From assembly GCA_003552985.1 (NCBI GenBank), contig PUPD01000252.1, positions 6,350 through 70,349 of the forward strand: a stretch of 64,000 nucleotides of DNA, read 5' to 3'. The DNA comes from Spirochaetaceae bacterium (GTDB taxonomy: Bacteria; Spirochaetota; Spirochaetia; DSM-27196; SLAA01). The translations under genes were made by a program, and so were the position numbers. The notes below the pieces were generated by a model. It was given only the letters and a program-made list of their open reading frames with translations. It was not told where the DNA came from and did no database searches. Of this stretch, positions 45,485 through 53,451 are shown piece by piece. Positions within the stretch are counted from its first letter, which is position 1. Every line of letters starts with the position of its first letter.

Positions 45485-46585
45485 CTAAGGCGATATGCGT
45501 CGAATCGACACCACCTCAAGACGGTCGATTCCGTTATCGGCCTCGACGCGGCCGATCAGCTCAACCGGCATCGCCGGCTCTACCCGTGCGGCGAAACCGA
45601 GCCGCGCGCGGACAATTCCCTCGAGCACGCGTGCATCCTCGTAACCGACGAGAAAGTCGAAGCGAATATCTTCTTCATTGTGTTCCAGATTTGCCACCCG
45701 CCCGCGCCAGCGGACGTACGTCTGATCGTAAAGGTGCGGCGCGGACTGCACCTCGTCGTACGCGAAGCTATCCGCAGGTTCCAGACTGGTGAAGTCCGGC
45801 GTGCTGAGATATTCGGCGAGCATACGGACACGCTCCTTCATCTCGCGTTCAGCGTTGGAATGCAGGATGCGGTTAATCTCTCGGCGCGCTTCGTTGTCGC
45901 GGTACTCATTGAAGTAGTCGCCGATTCGGCGGAAGGTCTCGCGGATCTCGTCCTCAGTAAGGACGTAACGAAAATCGCCCTCATACTGCACCACCTCGCG
46001 GCGCATTTGATCCAGCTCAAGAACCTCCACGCCCTCACGATCCGGAACCGCCGGTCGCCGCACACGCTCGATGATCGGCGGTACGGCTGCAAGCATCAGG
46101 CCGGCGAGAACCAGCGCGACCGCGGCTGCCATAGCCGGCCGAGGCAGGTAGGCCCCCGGGGACGGGAGATAGCGTGCGATCCCTGACTGATCGAGCTGCT
46201 CGGCGAGCTCAGCCTCACTCTCGGCCCGGCGCAACGCACCAAGCCCGCGTTTCGCGATCGCGTTCTTTGGGTCGCGGTCGAGCACCGAGAGGTAGAGCCT
46301 CAACGCCAGGTCGGTTTGGCGACGCCGCATGGCGATTGCCGCGAGCGCGAGCGAGATGTTGTTGTCGTCCGGGTCGAGCTGTTGCGCGCGTTGTAGATAC
46401 GAGTAGGCACCGCCGAAGTCGCCGGTGTGCAAACATGACACGCCGAGGTAATAGTAGAACAGCGGCCGGTCGCGGTACATGAACACCTGCGGCTCGAGCA
46501 GACGAATGACCTCGGTATAACGTCTGCGACGAAAGAGGCGCTCGGCGCGTTTGAATCCTTTTGACTTTGCCCTCGCCATGATCAC
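45485..46585 (-). CDS. Bitopic protein: cytoplasmic TPR N-domain, one TM, ~190-aa C-domain of unknown function
   Basis: The TPR repeats include YYYLGVSCLHTGDFGGAYSYLQRAQQLDPDD and ALRLYLSVLDRDPKN. The TM is AMAAAVALVLAGLMLAAVPPII. The start is GTG 46585 or ATG 46579. Confidence 0.6.
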   Translation of the reverse strand: MIMARAKSKGFKRAERLFRRRRYTEVIRLLEPQVFMYRDRPLFYYYLGVSCLHTGDFGGAYSYLQRAQQLDPDDNNISLALAAIAMRRRQTDLALRLYLSVLDRDPKNAIAKRGLGALRRAESEAELAEQLDQSGIARYLPSPGAYLPRPAMAAAVALVLAGLMLAAVPPIIERVRRPAVPDREGVEVLELDQMRREVVQYEGDFRYVLTEDEIRETFRRIGDYFNEYRDNEARREINRILHSNAEREMKERVRMLAEYLSTPDFTSLEPADSFAYDEVQSAPHLYDQTYVRWRGRVANLEHNEEDIRFDFLVGYEDARVLEGIVRARLGFAARVEPAMPVELIGRVEADNGIDRLEVVSIRRISP

Positions 46586-47718
46586 TGCGGCTCGCGAAGC
46601 TCATCGAGCCGTTGGCGCAACTCCTGTAGCCGTTCGGCTGTCAGATCACCGGGGCGGGCCGCCTTACGATCTAAGTCACGCACCAGCTCGTCAAGCTCGC
46701 GCAACCGTTTCAAATATTCCGCCCGCCGCTCCGGGTCCATTCTCAAAACCGCCGCCGGCTCGGGTTCGGGATCCGGTGCCGCTACCCTGTCGGCTTCGCG
46801 CGGAGCATCCGTATCGAGCTCATGGAATCCCGCCGGTGCATAGGCACCGAGAACAAGCGCGATCGAGCGTATTTCGCCCGGCGCGAGCGGTTGCGGCCTG
46901 TAATACGCAGCCACGGCTGAATCGTTGAGCGAATACGGAGGGTCGCTGAACCGTCTTCCGGGGAGCACGGTGTATTCCCAGTCGCTCTGATGCAGCCGCC
47001 GCCAGTTCGCAAAGACAACGCGGTCCGGGGTGGTGATCCCATTGCCAATCAAGGTTTGTTGAAGCGCGATCTCAGGATTATCGGCGTCGCGCGAAAACCA
47101 GAAGCGGACACTCTCAGACTTGGGAAACAGGTCCCGTTCGTGGCGCACCCGATCGGTTCCGTCGAGACGAAAATGGCCTTCGTTCCGTGGTGCGGTTTCC
47201 CCGAACTTGGTATCGAGCAGGACGCGCAGCCCGAGCTCACGCCCTCGCTGCGACTTATTGTGAAGACGGTGCTCGATCAAAACGCTGTCGCTCTCCCTTG
47301 CGCCTCGCGATCGCAGGGGGGTGAATATGCGCTCGAGTTGCAGTTCCAGGCCTTCGAACCGCTGGACGATGATGTCGCCTCTTCGTTCCACGCTATCGAG
47401 CCGCAGGCGGTTCGACCGGCCCGCGATCGTGGTGCGACCGGCGTCGAGTACGGTGGTGACCACCGCGGCCGGTTCGCCGGGAAAGAGCAACGGCGCCCAT
47501 TGCTCTTCGGCATCCCGATACCACAGCATGAAATCGCCCCGGTCGGCATATACGGCGATGCGGATACGCCCCCGCTCGAGGCTTTCTTCCACGCGGCGCC
47601 CGGGCTCAGCGCTGAGGGTGCCGAGCGTTCCGGTCGGGGCGAGCGTCACAACTGCGGCGGCGACGCCGAGTGCAATCGCGACGCGAACACGATGGGCTGC
47701 TGTGCGGGAGAATCTCAC
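46582..47718 (-). CDS. Secreted hypothetical protein with a C-terminal charged helix
   Basis: The signal peptide reads RVAIALGVAAAVVTLAPTGTLGTLSA. A ~300-aa domain without recognisable motifs follows. The C-terminus is RLRELDELVRDLDRK...LQELRQRLDELREPQ. The GTG start overlaps the upstream stop (GTGA). Confidence 0.55.
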   Translation of the reverse strand: MRFSRTAAHRVRVAIALGVAAAVVTLAPTGTLGTLSAEPGRRVEESLERGRIRIAVYADRGDFMLWYRDAEEQWAPLLFPGEPAAVVTTVLDAGRTTIAGRSNRLRLDSVERRGDIIVQRFEGLELQLERIFTPLRSRGARESDSVLIEHRLHNKSQRGRELGLRVLLDTKFGETAPRNEGHFRLDGTDRVRHERDLFPKSESVRFWFSRDADNPEIALQQTLIGNGITTPDRVVFANWRRLHQSDWEYTVLPGRRFSDPPYSLNDSAVAAYYRPQPLAPGEIRSIALVLGAYAPAGFHELDTDAPREADRVAAPDPEPEPAAVLRMDPERRAEYLKRLRELDELVRDLDRKAARPGDLTAERLQELRQRLDELREPQ

Positions 47719-48764
47719 GCGTCGGCCTCCGGGTCTTGGTCTTCATCGCTGAGGTTGGGATTGTCATCGAGCAACTCTTCAAGAATGCGCCGCTGCAGCT
47801 CCAGCGCCTCGGATTTGATTTCAAGCGCCTCGAACCTGCGCCGGTACGCTCGAACCGTGGTTTCCGGTGCCGCTTGCGCATCGCGCAACTCAAACACTTC
47901 CTGTTCAAGTTCCTTGATCTGCTCTTCCCGTCCCCGCAGCTGCTGCTCAAGGGTGCGCCGTTCCTGCTCGAGCTCGAGCAGCTGCGCGCGATACTCGGTC
48001 GGCGCCTGTTCGAAGAGCTTACGCCGGTACTCGGCCACCGCCTCGTCGAGGGCACGTTCGCGGCGGTCAAGCTCATCCATCAGGTCCAACTGCTCTTCGT
48101 GGCTCCAGCGCAGCAGACGACGGAAATACGCATCGCGCCGCCGGAGCTCCAGAAGATCGAGTTGCGCCTCGGCACTCGCAGCGCGATAGCTGTGCGGAAA
48201 CTGTTCGGCGACGGTCAGGAACATCGTTTCCGCCTCATCGAAATGCCCAAGCGCCGCCAACGACTCGCCTGCCCAGTAGTAGGCATTTCCGACGAACGGG
48301 GAGTCCGGATGCTGCTCGACAAACTCCGCCAGCCGACGCAGCGCGTCATCATACTGGTCGTTCAAATAAGCCACCCGGCCGAGTTGGTACAGCGCCTCAG
48401 CGGCAGCCTCGGTCTCGGGATAGCGTTGGCGCAAGGTCCGCAGGCGCGTTTCGGCATCCGCAAAGTTATCTGCCGCGATTAACGCTTTGGCGGCCCATAA
48501 ATGCGCGGGAGCCGCGTAGGCGGGCTCTTGTTCGGCAGCGGCGGTAAGCGCTTCAGCCGCCGCCTGGTAGCGACCGGCGCGAAAGGTCTCGATTGCTTCG
48601 GTGAAAGGGGCCCGGTCCGGAAAGCGTTGCGCCGCCCAGGCGTCGAAGGCAGCTGGAGCGGTTACCAGGATGGCGATGAGAACCAGGCGCGCCGCGGTGG
48701 TGGTCAGCCATACCCGGCGACGCGGACTCTGAGCTCGTAGTCTTGCTTGCATAGTATGCCTCAC
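47715..48764 (-). CDS. Exported or anchored TPR (YbgF/BamD-like repeats) + long coiled-coil protein
   Basis: The N-terminal hydrophobic segment is LVLIAILVTAPAAF. Three TPR-like units follow (ALYQLGRVAYLNDQYDDALRRLAEFVEQHPDSPFVGNAYYWAGESLAALGHFDEA). The C-terminal ~130 aa are heptad-rich and charged (LLELEQERRTLEQQLRGREEQIKELEQEVFELR). Confidence 0.6.
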   Translation of the reverse strand: MRHTMQARLRAQSPRRRVWLTTTAARLVLIAILVTAPAAFDAWAAQRFPDRAPFTEAIETFRAGRYQAAAEALTAAAEQEPAYAAPAHLWAAKALIAADNFADAETRLRTLRQRYPETEAAAEALYQLGRVAYLNDQYDDALRRLAEFVEQHPDSPFVGNAYYWAGESLAALGHFDEAETMFLTVAEQFPHSYRAASAEAQLDLLELRRRDAYFRRLLRWSHEEQLDLMDELDRRERALDEAVAEYRRKLFEQAPTEYRAQLLELEQERRTLEQQLRGREEQIKELEQEVFELRDAQAAPETTVRAYRRRFEALEIKSEALELQRRILEELLDDNPNLSDEDQDPEADA

Positions 48765-48902
48765 CTACAGTTTCGACCGCTGTCGGATAAACTAAACCCT
48801 GACTGCGTTTGGGCCGCCGGGCGCCGAAATCCGCGCGCATGCGCTCTGAGGTGGGAGGCTAAGGATGCTTCGGCCGTTTTAACCAGTTTCACGCACCGTC
48901 AC

Positions 48903-49562
48903 CTACGCAATCTGTTGGCCCTGCAGTTGGACAACCTCGTATGCCGGGTCAGCGCTCTTGAAGAAGGTGGACCCCGATACCAGAACATCGATACCGGCAG
49001 CTCGCAACTCGGCCGCGGTCTCTGAGTTTACCCCGCCGTCGGCGGAAAGCCGGTAGCGAGCGCCACACTGAGTGCGGGCTTGCGCCAACCTTCGTACCTT
49101 CTCAACGCACTCGGGTATAAAGGCTTGTCCTCCGAAGCCCGGATTGACCGTCATGACCAGAATGAGCTCCAGCTCCCCGAGCAGGTGCTCGAGCGCGGTA
49201 ACCGGAGTAGACGGCACGATCGCGATACCGCACCCCACCCCGGCGTTGCGTATCCGCTGCACCAGACGGTGAGCGTGCACCGCCGCTTCCAGGTGGAAGG
49301 TGATGAAATCTGCCCCGGCCTGCACGTACTGGTCGAGCAAATCCTCCGGGCGGTCGACCATCAGGTGCACATCGAGCGGCAGTTTGGTGCGCGCTCTGAT
49401 ATCGGCTACCATCTTCGGGCCGAACGTCAAGTTTGGAACAAAATGCCCGTCCATGACGTCGAGATGAACCCACTGCGCCCCGCTCTGCTCTATGCGCTGT
49501 AACGCTGCCCCAATCTCAGTAAAATCGGCTGCCAGAATCGACGGTGCCACAACTACACTCAT
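48903..49562 (-). CDS. rpe: Ribulose-phosphate 3-epimerase
   Basis: Contains MSVVVAPSILAADF, HLDVMDGHFVPNLTFG, VMTVNPGFGGQ and DGGVN. The start is ATG 49562, and the 49685 start in the ORF track is an upstream artefact. Confidence 0.93.
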   Translation of the reverse strand: MSVVVAPSILAADFTEIGAALQRIEQSGAQWVHLDVMDGHFVPNLTFGPKMVADIRARTKLPLDVHLMVDRPEDLLDQYVQAGADFITFHLEAAVHAHRLVQRIRNAGVGCGIAIVPSTPVTALEHLLGELELILVMTVNPGFGGQAFIPECVEKVRRLAQARTQCGARYRLSADGGVNSETAAELRAAGIDVLVSGSTFFKSADPAYEVVQLQGQQIA

Positions 49563-49568
49563 TCTGCT

Positions 49569-49598
49569 ATAATACTCGAACAGATTACGCCGTGTAAA
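49569..49598 (-). promoter_or_regulatory. rpe promoter (TTTACA-18 nt-TATTAT), 6 nt from the ATG
   Basis: The minus strand carries TTTACA (49598-49593) and TATTAT (49574-49569), followed by agcaga and the ATG at 49562. Confidence 0.4.
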
Positions 49599-49699
49599 TC
49601 GAAACAGCCGTGTCCTCGAACGCTCCACCGCGAGGTGGAGCCGTTGACGGGGGACGGGGAAAAAGTTTAGGATCAAGTAGTACAATAAAATAGGATGCT

Positions 49700-50653
49700 A
49701 TGCATGCACATGGCTCGGTCGTGAGTGAAGAGAACATCCAAGAACTGCTGAACCACGCCTACGACGCGATCAGGAACCATGAGTTGGAGGCTGCAGCGGA
49801 GAGTATTGAGCGGGCCCTGGCGCTTGATTTTGACGACAACGAGGTAGTAACCGCGCTCAAGTATGTCAACTTCTGGCGAGATCGCGGTCAGGCGGTGCGT
49901 GAGATCGCAACCGGCTTTGAGCAGGCAGAGTATCTGGTGTCGCAGTGGCGTCTGTTCAATCACTTCGTGGAACGAGTGGGACAGGCGTCGGAACAGTGTT
50001 TGTATGCGATCAGACAGCACGTCTTCGATTCGGCGCTGAATCGGTATCGTCAGCTGCTTGACGAGTCGTTTGAGGCCGACGCGGAGTTGCTGCTGCGCAT
50101 TGGGCGGTGCTACAAGGGAAAAGGGGAATACGACACGGCGCTGGAGACACTGCAACGCGCAGCGTCTCAGAAAAAGAACGATTCGGAGATATACGCTGAA
50201 CTTGCCGACTGCTATGCATTCGTCAACGAGATTCAGCGTTCAAAGGCGTTCTTTCGCGAAGCCTTCTTCCTTGGAGCCCATCGCATCGATCTCGGACTGC
50301 TGGAGTCCGAATTGATCACGAGGCTCGTGGCGAAGTTGCGTGAGCTTGGCTACGAATCGCCGGAGCTCGAAGAATGGCTGCCGGTCTACGGAGTGCTGTA
50401 CGGGGTGTTTACCGTGAAGCGTGAGCTACGCTCGATTGAGTACGGCCGCCTGAAGCAGTCGATCTATGCGCTTGAGCGCGAGCACAGCGACAAGCGCGGG
50501 AAGAACAGCTTGCTGGTACCGCGGCTGATCAACCGCTATTTCTGGCTGATCGACCATTACCTCAACACAGGCGAGGATCGCAGCAAAATTGACGAGGTGT
50601 TGCTGAAACTCCGCAGCATCGACCCAAGAATCTACGAGCAATACATAACTTGA
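49700..50653 (+). CDS. Hypothetical cytoplasmic helical/TPR-like protein
   Basis: 317 aa, with an AGGA SD 5 nt upstream. TPR-like segments include LLLRIGRCYKGKGEYDTALETLQRAASQ. It lies 19 nt upstream of greA. Confidence 0.55.
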   Translation: MHAHGSVVSEENIQELLNHAYDAIRNHELEAAAESIERALALDFDDNEVVTALKYVNFWRDRGQAVREIATGFEQAEYLVSQWRLFNHFVERVGQASEQCLYAIRQHVFDSALNRYRQLLDESFEADAELLLRIGRCYKGKGEYDTALETLQRAASQKKNDSEIYAELADCYAFVNEIQRSKAFFREAFFLGAHRIDLGLLESELITRLVAKLRELGYESPELEEWLPVYGVLYGVFTVKRELRSIEYGRLKQSIYALEREHSDKRGKNSLLVPRLINRYFWLIDHYLNTGEDRSKIDEVLLKLRSIDPRIYEQYIT

Positions 50654-50672
50654 GAGTGGGGAGCGTACGACT

Positions 50673-53375
50673 ATGGCAGAGCAGACTCTTACCGATATCA
50701 GCGAGTTGCTGAACCAGGAGAAGTGGACCCGGGCAACGCTGAACAGTTACACCGTCAAGAATTTTGAAGAGCTCGACTCCATTCTCGAGCGGGTGATCAA
50801 TGATGGCCGCCAGGAGGAGGTGTTGACCGAGTGCGAAGAGCACCTGCAGCACACTAAGAACAGCATCATTGCGCTTTACATCTCCGGGATACTGCAGATC
50901 TCGCGCCAGGCGGTTAACGATACCAATCTGGTCGCGTTGATCAACATCTTCGTCGACAACCACAAATGGAATATTGTCGCCTATTTGGCGAACCGAATCC
51001 TGGATTTCGGCGAAAACAAAGCCGCGTTGCGAACGCTCGCTGACTGCTACAACAACGAGAATCAACTCGACAAGATGTATGAGATCTGGGAGCGCCTGAT
51101 CAGGGTTGATTTCGACGAGGCCGACATCGTGCGGCGGCTCGCCGAACGCAAGGAAGAACAGAGTGAGATCGAAGACGCGGTCGAGTACTACAAGAAAGCC
51201 CTGCACCGGTATATCAACAAGAAGTCGTTCAACAATCTGCGCGAGGTCTGGCACAAGTTGATCAACTATGCTCCGGATGAGACTGAGTTTTTCTATCATG
51301 CCGAGAGCAAGATCGCGAAGAGCATCAGCCCTGAGCGCGCCTCGCAGCTACTCGAAGAGCTGTTCCCGCACTTCAAGAACAACCAGCGCTGGGATACCGC
51401 GGTTGAGCTTTTGAAGCGTATTCTGCATTACGATCCGAAGAATCCGTTCGCCCGCAAGGAGATCATCGAGTGCTATCGTGCCAAGTATGAGCATCACAGC
51501 CACCTCGAAGAATACATCAAGCTCTCGAATCTCAATCAGAGCTGGCGCAACGTACACGATGCGATCACCGATTTTGAGAAGCACATCTCGTTCGATGCCG
51601 GCAATTTTGTCTATCATCGTGCCTGGGGCGTCGGGATTATTCGCTCTATCGACGATGACGCGGTGCTGATCGATTTCGCGCGCAAGCGCGGCCATTCGAT
51701 GTCGCTGAAGATGGCGGTGAGCTCACTTGATATTCTTGAAAAGGACCACCTATGGGTGCTGAAGAGCATCTGGAAGAAAGAAAAGCTGCGCAAGAAGGTC
51801 AAAGGCGACGTTGTGTGGGCGCTACGGACCGTTATCAGGAGCTGCGGAAATGCCGCCGATATCAAGCGCATCAAAGCCGAGCTCGTACCGTCTATCCTGA
51901 CTCCGAATGAATGGACGGCGTGGAGCGCTAAGGCGCGGAATGAGCTGAAGACCAATCCGGAGTTCGGTAATCTCAACGACAAGCTGGATCACTACATGGT
52001 CCGCGAGCAGCCGATAACGTTCGAGGAGAAGACGTTTAACAAGTTCAAGGCTGAAAAGGGCTTCTTCGACCGCGTGAAGACCTTGGACGAGTTCATGGAC
52101 TATCTCGAGGATAGCGGAATCGAAGGCACCGACACTCAGTACTTCCGTGAGATGTTCGATTACTTCGTAGGCTTTCTGAGAAGCATCGTAACGGTAAACG
52201 AGTACACGGTATCGAGCCTTCTCCTGGTTCGGCGGATTGTGGCCCGCTATCCGTACCTGCATCCGGGTGACGTGAGCATGGACTTCCTCCCGCTGTATGA
52301 ACAGATCTCAGACCTCGAGGATGTGTTTCGCAACATCGAGAACACCGAGTTGCGCAAAGAGTTTCTCCAGAATCTGCGGCGCAACGTGTCCGACTGGGCC
52401 GATCGCTACGTTCAGCTGTTTCCTTACGCGTTGACGCGCGAGATTATCTACGAGCTCGAGCGCGCCGGTCACACCGACAAACTACAGGAGCTCTTTCATC
52501 GCCTGCACTCCAACTATCGCGATCAGCGCGAATCGTATATCTGGCTCATCCGCAACTGTTATCAGGACAAGTGGTTCCGTGACATGGGCGTGCCGTTTGA
52601 GAAGGTGCTGATCAGCATGATTCACCTCCTCGACATCACGTATCGCGATATCGACAACAAGCGCGATACTACCTACAACCGTAAGTTGAATCGGCAGATC
52701 CATAACTTCCTGTTCAAGGACCGGCACGTTGCAAACTACCTTGCCGAGGCCGAGCAAGCCTCGATCACGCGGATCTACACGCTGGTGAGCGACGTCAAGG
52801 ATCTCGACCCTTCGATCCGCATAGAGCTGAAGCAGCTGATTCTCGACCGCTTCCCCGGTTTCAAGTTCTACGGCGAGCAGGAGACCGAGACGGTCAGCCG
52901 CGGCTTCATCACGACGCCGCGCTCGTTCGAAAACAAGCAGAGGCAACTGCAGTACATCCAAGAGGTCGAGGTGCCGGAGAACTCAAAAGAGATCAGCAAG
53001 GCACTCGCGTTAGGAGACCTCAAAGAGAACGCCGAGTATAAGGCTGCTAAGGAGCGGCAGGATTTTCTGAACTCCACCGCTGCGCGGTTGAAAGAAGAGC
53101 TCGAGACCGCCGAGGTGATGCGTCCCGACGAGGTGAAGACCGATACGGTATCGTTCGGTACTCGGGTGCACCTGAAGAACAACCGCACCGGGGAGCAGGA
53201 GACCTATACGATCCTCGGACCATGGGAATCCAATCCGGATGAGCAGGTGATTTCGTATCTCTCCCCGCTGGGCAGCAAGCTCTACAATCGCGTGTCGGGT
53301 GATCATCTGCAGTTCGAGATCAACGAACGCAAGTACGACTACGTCGTCGAGCGAATCGAAGCTGCCGGCTTCTGA
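50673..53375 (+). CDS. greA: Long-form transcription elongation factor GreA (spirochaete-type, ~900 aa)
   Basis: The C-terminal ~155 aa are a complete GreA: LALGDLKENAEYKAAKERQDFLNSTAARLKEEL (coiled-coil finger) plus VSFGTRVHLKNNRTGEQETYTILGPWESNP...ISYLSPLGSKLY (FKBP-like domain). The ~745-aa N-terminal extension is helical. Similarly long GreA proteins are annotated in Borrelia and Treponema. Confidence 0.85.
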   Translation: MAEQTLTDISELLNQEKWTRATLNSYTVKNFEELDSILERVINDGRQEEVLTECEEHLQHTKNSIIALYISGILQISRQAVNDTNLVALINIFVDNHKWNIVAYLANRILDFGENKAALRTLADCYNNENQLDKMYEIWERLIRVDFDEADIVRRLAERKEEQSEIEDAVEYYKKALHRYINKKSFNNLREVWHKLINYAPDETEFFYHAESKIAKSISPERASQLLEELFPHFKNNQRWDTAVELLKRILHYDPKNPFARKEIIECYRAKYEHHSHLEEYIKLSNLNQSWRNVHDAITDFEKHISFDAGNFVYHRAWGVGIIRSIDDDAVLIDFARKRGHSMSLKMAVSSLDILEKDHLWVLKSIWKKEKLRKKVKGDVVWALRTVIRSCGNAADIKRIKAELVPSILTPNEWTAWSAKARNELKTNPEFGNLNDKLDHYMVREQPITFEEKTFNKFKAEKGFFDRVKTLDEFMDYLEDSGIEGTDTQYFREMFDYFVGFLRSIVTVNEYTVSSLLLVRRIVARYPYLHPGDVSMDFLPLYEQISDLEDVFRNIENTELRKEFLQNLRRNVSDWADRYVQLFPYALTREIIYELERAGHTDKLQELFHRLHSNYRDQRESYIWLIRNCYQDKWFRDMGVPFEKVLISMIHLLDITYRDIDNKRDTTYNRKLNRQIHNFLFKDRHVANYLAEAEQASITRIYTLVSDVKDLDPSIRIELKQLILDRFPGFKFYGEQETETVSRGFITTPRSFENKQRQLQYIQEVEVPENSKEISKALALGDLKENAEYKAAKERQDFLNSTAARLKEELETAEVMRPDEVKTDTVSFGTRVHLKNNRTGEQETYTILGPWESNPDEQVISYLSPLGSKLYNRVSGDHLQFEINERKYDYVVERIEAAGF

Positions 53376-53451
53376 GCCCGCAGGACCCTACCCGGTCGGC
53401 GACGCGCGGGCTGTCAACACACGCGACCGGCGGGCAGCTTACCCCTTCGCC

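Noticed and set aside
46990-48189. 399-aa ORF (and 47670-48482, 270 aa) antisense to the TPR/coiled-coil genes
   Set aside because: The translation is dominated by Ser/Arg runs (SSSSSCARYSVGACSKSLRRYS...), the complement of the GAG/CTC-rich coiled-coil codons. The sense-strand genes have signal peptides, TPRs and coupled starts.
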